A DNA stretch of 64,000 nt from Candidatus Nomurabacteria bacterium (GCA_028286645.1 JAQBRF010000002.1:186518-250517); one strand, 5' to 3'. Shown: positions 1 to 9,163, counted from the first letter of the stretch. Numbers and translations are program-made. The notes: generated by a model not told the origin, from the sequence alone.

Positions 1-2
1 TT

Positions 3-1247
3 GTGCCTGATGCGGTAGCTGTAATAAATTCTAAACAAGACGTGTGCACCTATCATGACGACATGCTTTGCGGCTGTGCTGTTGCATGGAAGCTTTCCTG
101 TGCAATTTTAAGTAAATTAAAAGAGGAAAACGGAAAGAAGAAGATAAGTAAGGGTTATAAAGAAGTTTTAGATAAAGTCCAAGTGTTAAAGCCGGGATAT
201 GAAAAGTGGCTGCTAGATCTAGTGGGTATCTCCACTATTTCCGATATGGTGCCGCTTGTAAAAGAAAATAGAGCGCTCGCCTACTTCGGCTTAAAAGTAA
301 TCAGACAAACTAAGCGGCATGGGCTAAATTATATTTTGCGATCTCAAGGAGTAGACAGGGACCATATAACAGAAGATGATATCGCCTTTACTATCGCTCC
401 CCGAATAAACGCCGCGTCTAGAATGGGAGACCCGATTCAGGCGCATAACATGCTTTATGAAAAAAATTCTATAACAGCACAAAAATATACAGAAGACTTA
501 GAAATATTAAATACTGAGAGGAAACAGGGGGTAAAGGATATTATTTCAACGCTTTTATTTGATCATGAAGTGTATACAAACGATATAGTGGTTGTAGGAG
601 ATATTTCCTGGGGGCCGGGGATACTGGGGCTAATCGCGCAAAATATAATTGATGAAACGGGGAAGCCTACTTTTGTGTATGGTCAAGGAGAAGATAAAAA
701 AACCATCAAAGGATCATGCAGGTCACGCGGAGACGTGCACGTAGTAGAGCTTATGGCTAAAGCGCATGAAATGCATCCGGAAGTGGTGGTATCTTATGGC
801 GGACACGAGCAAGCGGGAGGATTTGAGTCCACAATGGAAAACGTTGGGGAGCTGAGCAGAGTTTTAAATGAGGCCATTAAACATATAGTGGTAAAAATTT
901 TAGAAAATGAAAGTCTTTTAGTAGACTCTCATCTCCAATTAAGCGATGTGAATATGGTTACTTATAATGCTATTTCCAGGCTTGCTCCCTTTGGAGTGGG
1001 TAACCCAAAGCCTTTATTTTCATTTGAAAAAGTTGTGCCAAAGGAAGTCAGATGGTTCGGAAAAAAGAACGAGCATTTAGAAGTTATGTATCCAGGAGAA
1101 AAGAATAATGTAAAAGCAATTTTATTTTTCGCTCCAAAGGAGTTGGCAGAAAAAGTAAAAAAAGAGCATACATTGCTTGCGCATGTTGAGAAATCAGCTT
1201 TCAGAGGGAAGATTGAGCTGAGACTGAGGATAAAGGAGGTGGTTTAA
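3..1247 (+). CDS. recJ: single-stranded-DNA-specific exonuclease RecJ, C-terminal portion (5' end lies outside window)
   Basis: ORF open to window edge; RecJ-like DHH-region motif MLCGCAVAWKL and DHHA1 motif YGGHEQAGGFE. Confidence 0.6.
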   Translation: MPDAVAVINSKQDVCTYHDDMLCGCAVAWKLSCAILSKLKEENGKKKISKGYKEVLDKVQVLKPGYEKWLLDLVGISTISDMVPLVKENRALAYFGLKVIRQTKRHGLNYILRSQGVDRDHITEDDIAFTIAPRINAASRMGDPIQAHNMLYEKNSITAQKYTEDLEILNTERKQGVKDIISTLLFDHEVYTNDIVVVGDISWGPGILGLIAQNIIDETGKPTFVYGQGEDKKTIKGSCRSRGDVHVVELMAKAHEMHPEVVVSYGGHEQAGGFESTMENVGELSRVLNEAIKHIVVKILENESLLVDSHLQLSDVNMVTYNAISRLAPFGVGNPKPLFSFEKVVPKEVRWFGKKNEHLEVMYPGEKNNVKAILFFAPKELAEKVKKEHTLLAHVEKSAFRGKIELRLRIKEVV

Positions 1248-1909
1248 ACTTTAAATGGACTAAAGTTAGTATTGTTATCGTAATAATCTTCGTTTTCAAC
1301 TTTCTTAAGCCACTTTACTATTCTTATGGTTATAGGGAGTGCGATAATTTCCCACACTACTTTTACTCCCCAGGCGGATAGAATTACTTGTAACATTTCC
1401 GACCTAGACATAATACCAGTGAAAGCAATCAGTACAAAAACAATGGTGTCTATACCTTCTCCTGCTATTGTGGATGCAACAAAACGTGTAGCAATCCCTT
1501 TCCCGTCAGTTCTTACTTTCATCTTAGCCAATATATAGGAGTTGCAGAATTCTCCTACAAAATACGCGATCATAGAGGCAAGAGCAATCCGCGGCACGCT
1601 TCCTAAAATTAATTGGAAGGCATCTTGATTTGTCCAGAAAGGGGCGGCAGGCAAAAGTTCTGCAGCCTTATATGTAAGTATCATAAAGATTTGAGCAATG
1701 AAACCTGTCCAAATTACTTTCCTAGAGTATGCATACCCATATACTTCTGTAAGGATGTCTCCAAATAAATATGCCAGAGGGAAGATGATTATCCCAGCAG
1801 GCAAAGCCAGATCCCATAATAGGAAAATCTTGCTTTCAATAGTATTTGTCACCAGCAAGGTTGCAACGAAAAATCCTGTAATCACCGCAAAGTATTTGTA
1901 ATTTTTCAT
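1244..1909 (-). CDS. yhhQ: queuosine-precursor transporter family membrane protein (YhhQ/DUF165)
   Basis: Multi-TM protein; FPLAYLFGDILTEVYG and ...IDTIVFVLIAF segments parallel E. coli YhhQ FPFIFLATDLTVRIFG / ...DTLAFFFIAF. Confidence 0.6.
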   Translation of the reverse strand: MKNYKYFAVITGFFVATLLVTNTIESKIFLLWDLALPAGIIIFPLAYLFGDILTEVYGYAYSRKVIWTGFIAQIFMILTYKAAELLPAAPFWTNQDAFQLILGSVPRIALASMIAYFVGEFCNSYILAKMKVRTDGKGIATRFVASTIAGEGIDTIVFVLIAFTGIMSRSEMLQVILSAWGVKVVWEIIALPITIRIVKWLKKVENEDYYDNNTNFSPFKV

Positions 1910-2008
1910 ATGAGTTTATCCTATTAGGACGTGTATGTGATGTCAAATGCTCTATGATGATAAAAATCTGACATTTGCTCTATATGAAATAAGGGTTACA
2001 ATAGACCT

Positions 2009-2776
2009 ATGTCAAAGGATCTTGATAAAAGCATCATAGCTAAGCTCGCTGTGCTCGGTTTAACGGAGAAAGAATCGATAGTTTATATAGATTTATTAAA
2101 AAGAAAGGGGCCCACAGGTACTTCGAAAGTAGTCTTTTCTACGGGGCTACACGGACAATATATCTATACCGCTCTTTCAAGTCTGGAAAAAAAGGGATTA
2201 GTAAAGCATAGTGTAATAAATGGAAGGAAAAAGTTTGAAGCAAACTCTCCTGAAAGAATAGCTCACTTAATAGATGCTAAAAAAGTAGTGGCGGACGAAG
2301 TAACGGACGAATTGTTTAAATTAAGCAAGAAGTCATTTGATCAGAACTTTGAAATTTATCAGGGGGACGCATCCTTCTCAAGCCATCAATTAGAAATGGC
2401 AGAAAATACGCCAAATGATAGCTATTGGTATGTGATTTCTTCCCAAGAAAGAAAATTCGTAGATATTATAGGAGATTCTATAAATATATTTATGGAAATT
2501 GCTAAGGAGAGAAACATCCGGACAAGGGTAATCGGAGTGGGGGCAGACGTCGAATGGTTCCTTAGGGCAAATAAAGACTTCCCAGGATATAAATATAAAA
2601 TGCTTCCAGGATTAAAAGAGGGAGCATCTAGCTTGGTAATCAGAGATGGAAATGTTTCTTTTGAATCGTTTGATCCAATTCCGCTTTGTTATACGGTGCA
2701 TAATAAGGTGGTGGCAGAAAATTATAAAAATATATTTGAAGTTCTTTGGAATATGCTGGAAGGGGAGAAGATCTAA
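2009..2776 (+). CDS. TrmB-family HTH transcriptional regulator
   Basis: N-terminal wHTH LAVLGLTEKESIVYIDLLKRKGPTGTSKV...LEKKGLV typical of TrmB family. Confidence 0.45.
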   Translation: MSKDLDKSIIAKLAVLGLTEKESIVYIDLLKRKGPTGTSKVVFSTGLHGQYIYTALSSLEKKGLVKHSVINGRKKFEANSPERIAHLIDAKKVVADEVTDELFKLSKKSFDQNFEIYQGDASFSSHQLEMAENTPNDSYWYVISSQERKFVDIIGDSINIFMEIAKERNIRTRVIGVGADVEWFLRANKDFPGYKYKMLPGLKEGASSLVIRDGNVSFESFDPIPLCYTVHNKVVAENYKNIFEVLWNMLEGEKI

Positions 2777-2850
2777 TTTAGAAGAAAGAACTATATAAAT
2801 GTGAATAGAGGAACCAATTGCACGTTATAGGGCTTATACTAGGAAGACAT

Positions 2851-3255
2851 ATGAAAAAAATAATTATAGCTCTTATAACAGTTTCTGCTTTATCGTTTGC
2901 TTTTGCAGATGAGGCAACGTCTACCATAATCCTTCCTTCAGCACCTAAAACAGGAGACGTGAAGATAGATGAGCAGATCAAGGGACTTATCCAAGAGAGA
3001 AACACCAAAATTAAAGCAATTAACGACGAGTATCAAGTAAAGATTAAAGCTATTATAGACGGTAGAAAGATACTAATGGCCTCGACTACACTTAAATTGA
3101 AAGAGGGGAAGGACTTAGGAGGCAAGTTAAAAGGTACGTCAACAATAGATAGACTAAAAGAAAAATTAAAAGGAGAAGTAAAAGGGGCGGCAACGACCAC
3201 TATAGGGGAAAGAAAGGGATTATTCGATTTCTTTTCTGGTTTTTTTAAAAACTAA
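2851..3255 (+). CDS. small secreted Lys-rich protein (signal peptide MKKIIIALITVSALSFAFA); ORF-track start 2818 probably over-extended
   Basis: Signal peptide after internal Met; Lys-rich repeats; followed by a clear terminator. Confidence 0.4.
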   Translation: MKKIIIALITVSALSFAFADEATSTIILPSAPKTGDVKIDEQIKGLIQERNTKIKAINDEYQVKIKAIIDGRKILMASTTLKLKEGKDLGGKLKGTSTIDRLKEKLKGEVKGAATTTIGERKGLFDFFSGFFKN

Positions 3256-3261
3256 TTTAAA

Positions 3262-3294
3262 TAAAAACCGCAGGTAAAGCCTGCGGTTTTTATT
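3262..3294 (+). terminator. rho-independent terminator (AACCGCAGG-TAAAG-CCTGCGGTT + T-run)
   Basis: Perfect 9-bp stem followed by TTTTTATTT. Confidence 0.75.
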
Positions 3295-3307
3295 TAAGTA
3301 ATTGTTA

Positions 3308-3415
3308 TACCCCCACACCTAAATTAAGGGTTGGTTTAAATTAAAAAATTTAATAACCATTATTACTCGTATGTTTTTTTCTATGTAAGTTTGTGTTAAT
3401 TTAGGTGTGGGGGTA
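3308..3415. repeat. 19-bp perfect inverted repeat TACCCCCACACCTAAATTA ... TAATTTAGGTGTGGGGGTA flanking ~70 bp AT-rich core
   Basis: Read directly; a second element with the same G/C core at 60381-60477. Confidence 0.8.
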
Positions 3416-3425
3416 AACTTCCATT

Positions 3426-3911
3426 ATGAAAATAACTATTTATACAGATGGATCGTCACGCGGGAATCCGGGTAGAGGGGGATGGGGGACCATCATCACA
3501 ACTCCAGAGGAAGTGATTGAGCTCGGGGGGAGAGAAGATTTAACTACTAATAATCGAATGGAATTAATGGCGGCTATAGAAGGTTTAAAGGAAATAGGCG
3601 AAGCTTCGGAAGTAGAAGTGTTTACGGATAGTCAATATGTCAAAAAAGGAATAAGTGAATGGATAGATGGATGGATTAAAAAGGGGTGGATTGGATCTGC
3701 TAAAAAGCCAGTCTTAAATAAAGATCTTTGGGAAATGCTAAAAAAAGAAGAAGATAGATTAAAAAAAGGCGGAGCAAAGATAGTGTGGAAGTATGTACCA
3801 GGACATGCCGGAGTAGTTTTAAATGAACGCGCCGACGTCATCGCTACTATGTATGCTGATGCGATAGACTTGCAATTATATCGCGGCGCAAAAGACGAGT
3901 ATTTATTATAG
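3426..3911 (+). CDS. rnhA: ribonuclease HI
   Basis: MKITIYTDGSSRGNPGRGGWG...NNRMELMAAIEGL...VFTDSQYV...GWIKKGW...NERADVIA, classic RNase H motifs. Confidence 0.85.
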   Translation: MKITIYTDGSSRGNPGRGGWGTIITTPEEVIELGGREDLTTNNRMELMAAIEGLKEIGEASEVEVFTDSQYVKKGISEWIDGWIKKGWIGSAKKPVLNKDLWEMLKKEEDRLKKGGAKIVWKYVPGHAGVVLNERADVIATMYADAIDLQLYRGAKDEYLL

Positions 3912-3964
3912 TAATTAGTTATTGGTAATTAGTAATTAGAAAAATACTAATCAATTTAACACTT

Positions 3965-5500
3965 ATGCACTTAAGAACTCTTATTTTTATAATCGGAGTT
4001 TTAGCAGGGGTCATAATAGGAGAGTCTTCATCATTCGGAAGTGAAATAGCAGTACTTGCTATTTTAATTTCTATAATTCAAGGGGCGATCTATTTCTTTG
4101 AAAGGAAGAATGTAAAGACTGAAAAACTTTATCTGTGTTTGTTTACAATTCTTATTTCGATCGGATTATTTACTGGAATAATTAGAGAACAATTATCAGT
4201 ACAAAAAGATAACTTCACGTGCGCCGCTTGCACCTTCACCGCAAAAGTTATATCAACCCCAGAAGTAAAAGATACATATCAAGTTTTTAATATTCATCCT
4301 GAAGTGAATAATAAAAATATTTATGATGTGGAAGTAAAGACGCCTTTGTATCCCAAATATAAAGCAGGGGACAGGCTTCAGATTTCTGGGAAGGTGAGCG
4401 AACCGAAAGCCATTCTTCCACACAATGATTCAAACTCATTTGATTATGTTTCTTATTTAAAAACAAAAAATGTTGGAAGTGAAATGTTTTATCCGAAAGT
4501 TGAAATATTGCCTAGTGACGGTATAACATTTCAAGAAAGATTAATTTCTTTAAAAGAAAGTCTTATCAGTAAATTAGAAACTTATGTAAGTGCTCCGGCA
4601 TCGTCGCTTGCTTCTGGAATGTTGTTCGGAAAGTCATCAATGCCAATTGAGCTTACAAATACATTTCGTATAGCCGGACTTTCCCACATTATTGTTTTGT
4701 CAGGTTTTAATATCGCAGTTGTGATATCTTTTATACTTTTTATATTCGCATTTATTCCGCTTACTCTTCGTATTATATTTGCCGGGAGTGCAGTTGTTAT
4801 TTTCATACTAGCTGTTGGCGGAGAGGCAAGCGTAGTGCGCGCAACGATCATGGCATTCATCGGACTTTTAGCAACTTTAATCGGTAAAGAGTATGTGGCT
4901 AAACAAGCCCTCATCATCTCATTACTTTTAATAGTAATGTATGAGCCATACTCATTGCTCCATGACGTGTCGCTTCATCTTTCGTTTTTAGCAACTGCTG
5001 GGATAATTTATTTGTCTCCGGTTTTTCAAATTATTTTTAATAAAATAAAAAGCGAATCATTTAGGTCTCTTATCACCACAACTTTGTCAGCGTACATTGC
5101 GACTCTTCCATATATATTATTTACATTCGGGAAGATCTCCATGTATGCACTTTTATCAAATGTTATTGCATTGCCGCTTGTCCCCGCCACTATGCTGCTT
5201 TCATTTCTCGTAATAGTTTCGTCATATATTTGGGGAGGGTTTGGAGTATTGTTTGGATTTGTTACGACGATTTTAGCAAACGTTATTATCTGGGTGGCGC
5301 AAGTAACTGAAAAGATGCCATACTCGTATATTCCGCTTCAAATAAATTTTTATAGCATGATCATGCTATATATTCTGATTGTATTGACGCTTACTTACGT
5401 TTATAAAAAGAAAAATAATAAAGAAAATGAAACGTTACAAACAGAAAACGTACTCATAAGTGGGGTAATTGCTTACTCGACAGTAGAAAATAGAGAGTAG
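3965..5500 (+). CDS. comEC: ComEC/Rec2 competence protein, membrane channel part (no MBL domain in this ORF)
   Basis: Polytopic membrane protein with ComEC signature FRIAGLSHIIVLSGFNIAVV; N-terminal OB-like region. Confidence 0.6.
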   Translation: MHLRTLIFIIGVLAGVIIGESSSFGSEIAVLAILISIIQGAIYFFERKNVKTEKLYLCLFTILISIGLFTGIIREQLSVQKDNFTCAACTFTAKVISTPEVKDTYQVFNIHPEVNNKNIYDVEVKTPLYPKYKAGDRLQISGKVSEPKAILPHNDSNSFDYVSYLKTKNVGSEMFYPKVEILPSDGITFQERLISLKESLISKLETYVSAPASSLASGMLFGKSSMPIELTNTFRIAGLSHIIVLSGFNIAVVISFILFIFAFIPLTLRIIFAGSAVVIFILAVGGEASVVRATIMAFIGLLATLIGKEYVAKQALIISLLLIVMYEPYSLLHDVSLHLSFLATAGIIYLSPVFQIIFNKIKSESFRSLITTTLSAYIATLPYILFTFGKISMYALLSNVIALPLVPATMLLSFLVIVSSYIWGGFGVLFGFVTTILANVIIWVAQVTEKMPYSYIPLQINFYSMIMLYILIVLTLTYVYKKKNNKENETLQTENVLISGVIAYSTVENRE

Positions 5501-5532
5501 ACGGTAGAGAAGATAATACAAATTACAAATTT

Positions 5533-6114
5533 TTAAAAGAGTCCTTTCTTTTTTAATTGCTTATAAACTACGAATAGAATAGTTAGACCGATGATGAGAG
5601 AAATGGCTGTGAAAGATTTCAAAGAAACCTTTTCCCCAAAGTAGTAGCCTAAGGTGATGAGTAATGACGCCCATATAAAAGACGCGCTTAAGAAAATAAA
5701 ATAAGTTAGTCTTCTCGGGGTATGAGCAAGCCCGGAAACAATAGGAATAAAAGCCTTAACTGACGGAGTGAGTTTCCCTAAAAATATCCACCACATGCCG
5801 GATGCTTGAAAAGTGCCATGAAAGGCTTGGTGGACTTTTCCAAAAGTTTCTTCATTCATCATAAGCAATTTTCGAGCAAGAGGCTTATCATATCTTTTCA
5901 CAAGTTCATAAGAGATAATATTTCCAATTGTATTTCCTAAAGACCCTATGATAATTGCAGGAATTAATAATAAATTTCCAGTACTTACAAAGTATCCAGT
6001 AATCAAATAAAGGAGCTGGGAAGATGGTAAGTTAATGACTCCATTTGAAATCATCAAAATAAAAATCCCGACATAAGAGAAAGATAGAAGCAAAGAATGT
6101 AAATCCATGTGCAC
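5533..6114 (-). CDS. DedA/VTT-family membrane protein
   Basis: LIPAIIIGSLGNTIGNIISYELVKRYDKPLARKL matches DedA G..GN..G..Y..GR core; 4-5 TM helices. Confidence 0.55.
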   Translation of the reverse strand: MHMDLHSLLLSFSYVGIFILMISNGVINLPSSQLLYLITGYFVSTGNLLLIPAIIIGSLGNTIGNIISYELVKRYDKPLARKLLMMNEETFGKVHQAFHGTFQASGMWWIFLGKLTPSVKAFIPIVSGLAHTPRRLTYFIFLSASFIWASLLITLGYYFGEKVSLKSFTAISLIIGLTILFVVYKQLKKKGLF

Positions 6115-6169
6115 ATTCTACATGGGATAAAAGTAAGTTGCTAGTAAACTATAAAGTAAGTTTACTAGC

Positions 6170-7057
6170 ATGCAAAGTCTCAAAGAAAATATAAATTCAT
6201 TCAATCGCGAATATGGAAAAGTGTTCTTTGTTGTTATTTGCGGTGTGGGAATAATATTAACTTCTATTTTTATATATGTAACGAGTACGCCGCAAAAGTT
6301 AAAAGTTTCATTCTTAGATATTGGACAAGGTGATGCTATTTTAATTCAAACGCCAAGCGGACAAAAGTTACTAATTGATGGAGGTCCAACTAATATTATT
6401 TTAGATCGGATTTATTCTCAGATTAGTTTCTTTGATCACACTATGGATGTAATGGTGTCTACTCATCCGGACGCGGATCATGTTACTGGGCTGATTCCAA
6501 TTTTAGAAAAGTTCAATGTAAATAAAATAATCACTTCATCTGTTCCAGGTGACACCGGGATATTTAAAGAGTTGGAAAGCAGCATTCAAAATGAGAACAG
6601 TGAAACACATATTGGAAATGCGGGAGACATATTAGATTTTCATGATGGAGTAACCGCCACGATACTTCATCCATATAATGATGAAAAATTTAAAGATACA
6701 AATGAAGGGTCAGTGACACTTTTATTAAAGTATGGAGATGAAACATTTTTATTAGACGGGGATTTGCCTACAACGAAAGAGCCTCTTATTCTTACTTCGC
6801 TTTTACCGCATAACATCACTGTATATAAAGCGGGTCATCATGGAAGCAAGTATTCAAGTGGCGAGCAATTACTCACATATATAAAACCAGAGTATTCAGT
6901 AATAAGCGCTGGAAAAGATAATAAGTATGGACACCCAAATCTGGAAGCCATGGAAAGATTGCAAAAGTATTCAAAAGAAATAATATCAACTATTGATCGC
7001 GGAACTATCTCATTTATAACTGATGGAAAGATTATAGAAGTAAATACGACTAAATAG
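6170..7057 (+). CDS. metallo-beta-lactamase-fold protein, ComEC C-terminal-domain-like, separately encoded
   Basis: N-terminal TM anchor; LDIGQGDAILIQTPSGQKLLIDGGP ... STHPDADHVTGL (variant HxHxDH). Confidence 0.55.
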   Translation: MQSLKENINSFNREYGKVFFVVICGVGIILTSIFIYVTSTPQKLKVSFLDIGQGDAILIQTPSGQKLLIDGGPTNIILDRIYSQISFFDHTMDVMVSTHPDADHVTGLIPILEKFNVNKIITSSVPGDTGIFKELESSIQNENSETHIGNAGDILDFHDGVTATILHPYNDEKFKDTNEGSVTLLLKYGDETFLLDGDLPTTKEPLILTSLLPHNITVYKAGHHGSKYSSGEQLLTYIKPEYSVISAGKDNKYGHPNLEAMERLQKYSKEIISTIDRGTISFITDGKIIEVNTTK

Positions 7058-7080
7058 TTATCGCAATTGATTCGCAGAAA

Positions 7081-7458
7081 TTACACAGGATGTATAAAAT
7101 ATGGAAGATTGCTTTCTTTGCAGGCTTGCTCTAATGCATCGTAATATGGCGCCCAACTTTGATCCCGCGGTTTTGCATAAAAGTGAAGTTCAGTAATATT
7201 GTTTTCTTTGATTTGAAGTTTAAGGAGTTTGGCCAGAGCCGGAGCTTCGTGCTCTACAAGCATGTGGTCATAGTAGCCGATCTGCTCATCTTCATTTATA
7301 AGTCCAAACTTTCCTGAGATTAAGAAAAAAGGCATTAATAAACTATTGGCGATATTTCGCACCTCTAAGATTCGTAGGGATTGATACTTTTTCCATATTG
7401 GAAGCGATTCAGTATTTTTTAACTTCTGTTCGCTGCAAATGGTGCAGATGGCTTTCAT
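7081..7458 (-). CDS. hypothetical protein
   Basis: 125-aa ORF, no recognised motif. Confidence 0.3.
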   Translation of the reverse strand: MKAICTICSEQKLKNTESLPIWKKYQSLRILEVRNIANSLLMPFFLISGKFGLINEDEQIGYYDHMLVEHEAPALAKLLKLQIKENNITELHFYAKPRDQSWAPYYDALEQACKESNLPYFIHPV

Positions 7459-7512
7459 GCCACTTAGTATAGAACAAATATAAAAAGAAAACCGCCTTAG
7501 GGGGCGGGTTCT

Positions 7513-7716
7513 TTATAGTTTTATCTGGAGATGAAGACCTCTTTTCATGCAGCTGGTGCAGATCCTAACTCTCGGGCCGTTAGGGATTCTTGCCCACTGG
7601 AGGTTTGGATATACCCGGCGCTTTGGGCATGGGTTAAACTTGGTAGCTCGAACACTGTTGCTGTACTTTCCGACAACTTTCGATCCTTTATTGCAAAGTG
7701 GACATGTGGCAGCCAT
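7513..7716 (-). CDS. rpmB: 50S ribosomal protein L28
   Basis: MAATCPLCNKGSKVVGKYSNSVRATKFNPCPKRRVYPNLQWARI...RVRICTSCMKRG, zinc-ribbon L28 pattern. Confidence 0.8.
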   Translation of the reverse strand: MAATCPLCNKGSKVVGKYSNSVRATKFNPCPKRRVYPNLQWARIPNGPRVRICTSCMKRGLHLQIKL

Positions 7717-7726
7717 GGAGATAGAT

Positions 7727-7756
7727 GTTAGATTTTAGACATTAGATTTTAGATAA
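7727..7756. repeat. dispersed motif copy (TAGATTTTAGACATTAGATTTTAGATAA); gene-sense for minus-strand rpmB, ends ~10 nt before its ATG
   Basis: Read directly; forms inverted pair with 7838-7865. Confidence 0.8.
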
Positions 7757-7837
7757 TTTAAAAAGATACCCAAAAACTTTGTTTTTAAATACTATCATGA
7801 ATTTCTAGCTATCGCAAGCCTGCGTTTCACCGATTTT

Positions 7838-7865
7838 CATCTAAAATCTAATGTCTAAAATCTAG
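7838..7865. repeat. dispersed motif copy (CATCTAAAATCTAATGTCTAAAATCTAG), 19 nt upstream of ATG at 7885
   Basis: Read directly. Confidence 0.8.
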
Positions 7866-7884
7866 TCCGTGGTATGCTATTTAT

Positions 7885-8505
7885 ATGAATGAGGCTTTAA
7901 CCATGTCGGCTGGTATTTTACCCATAATAATTGTTATATTTTCTATTATTTTGCATGAGGTTGCTCACGGATACGCGGCATATGTACAAGGAGACGAAAC
8001 CGCCTACCGGGCTGGCCGATTAACCCTAAATCCACTGCCTCATATAGATATGGTGGGGTCTGTGATTGTACCGTTTCTAACGTTCTTTACGGGTGGCTGG
8101 GTCGTGGGTTGGGCTAAACCCGTCCCATACAACGTTTACAATATTCGCTCAAAAATAGGCCAAGCATTTGTCGCGGCTGCGGGAGTGCTTACTAATCTTC
8201 TAATTGCAATAATTGCCGGGATTTTTTTCAAAGCCTTTTCTACGTATGGCATAGGTTCCTCTGGAGTATTCCAAGGTCTTTATACAATAATATTAGTAAA
8301 TGTATCACTTGCCTTCTTTAATCTAATTCCTATCCCTCCATTTGATGGAATGTCTATAATTCAGGCTATTTTTCCAAGGTTCCATATAAAAAGCGCGCTT
8401 GTATATAATCCTTTCTATATGATTTTAGCAATTGTAATAGCATCTGTCCTTTATACAAGCTTCATGCCATACGTATTTAGTGCGGTTATAAGAATTTTAG
8501 GGTAG
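7885..8505 (+). CDS. site-2 protease (peptidase M50) family membrane metalloprotease
   Basis: HExxH in TM helix (ILHEVAHGYAAY), multi-TM, ~200 aa like small S2P-family proteins. Confidence 0.5.
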   Translation: MNEALTMSAGILPIIIVIFSIILHEVAHGYAAYVQGDETAYRAGRLTLNPLPHIDMVGSVIVPFLTFFTGGWVVGWAKPVPYNVYNIRSKIGQAFVAAAGVLTNLLIAIIAGIFFKAFSTYGIGSSGVFQGLYTIILVNVSLAFFNLIPIPPFDGMSIIQAIFPRFHIKSALVYNPFYMILAIVIASVLYTSFMPYVFSAVIRILG

Positions 8506-8528
8506 TTTTTCCACAGGTTTGTTAAATA

Positions 8529-9050
8529 ATGTCTTTTATATTTGTCCTTTTTAGCTATACTAAAATAACGATGAAGAAATCCTCTGTCTTTTTAAATAAA
8601 CAAACGTCTAAAACTGTTCGTAAGAGTTCATTTAAAAGAAAAGGCGCTCTTTCTAAAATCACAAGGTCCACAAAACGATTCGGGAAACAAACTTTAAGAG
8701 ATATTTTGTTATCCAAGACATTTCACTCCTCATTTAAGGTTTTAATAGGGCTATTAATATCTGGAACTGCTTTATACGGGGCATATGCCTTTATTGGGAA
8801 TACATTTGCCAACGATATAATAGTGTCTAAGTCTGAAATACTAGCCCGAGTAGGGAAACATACGGATTTGCCGCAAGATCTGCCCGAGGCGGTGGTGAGG
8901 GTGCAGGATCCTGATATCTTAAAGAAGCAACAAGCATTCTATGAAAATGTTAAAGAAGGAGACTATATAATTATTTATCCTAAACTTGCTGTAATATACG
9001 ACTTAAGGAATGATTCTATTATCGCTCTTAAAAGAACAGAGTCGCGCTAA
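8529..9050 (+). CDS. hypothetical membrane-anchored protein (Lys/Ser-rich N-terminus, one TM)
   Basis: ORF only; start may be internal Met (MKKSSVFL). Confidence 0.3.
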   Translation: MSFIFVLFSYTKITMKKSSVFLNKQTSKTVRKSSFKRKGALSKITRSTKRFGKQTLRDILLSKTFHSSFKVLIGLLISGTALYGAYAFIGNTFANDIIVSKSEILARVGKHTDLPQDLPEAVVRVQDPDILKKQQAFYENVKEGDYIIIYPKLAVIYDLRNDSIIALKRTESR

Positions 9051-9075
9051 ATTTTAGACATTTGATTTTAGATTG
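9051..9075. repeat. degenerate dispersed-motif copy (ATTTTAGACATTTGATTTTAGATTG)
   Basis: Read directly. Confidence 0.6.
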
Positions 9076-9163
9076 TTAGAGGATTCAAGAAGCGGAAGAG
9101 GGGGTTTGCAGAAAATGAAAATTATGTTAATATCTAAAAACTATGGTTTTAGGGAATTTCCTA

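Noticed and set aside
1910-2008. Possible preQ1 riboswitch upstream of the yhhQ-like queuosine-precursor transporter
   Set aside because: yhhQ/queT genes are often preQ1-riboswitch controlled, so I read the 99-nt upstream region in gene sense. It lacks the conserved GGUUC...CUA...AAAAAACUAA elements. Only an imperfect TGCTCTAT direct repeat is present.
7531-7738. Plus-strand ORFs 7531-7731 and 7547-7738 overlapping rpmB
   Set aside because: They are antisense to a clear L28 gene and show no signals of their own.
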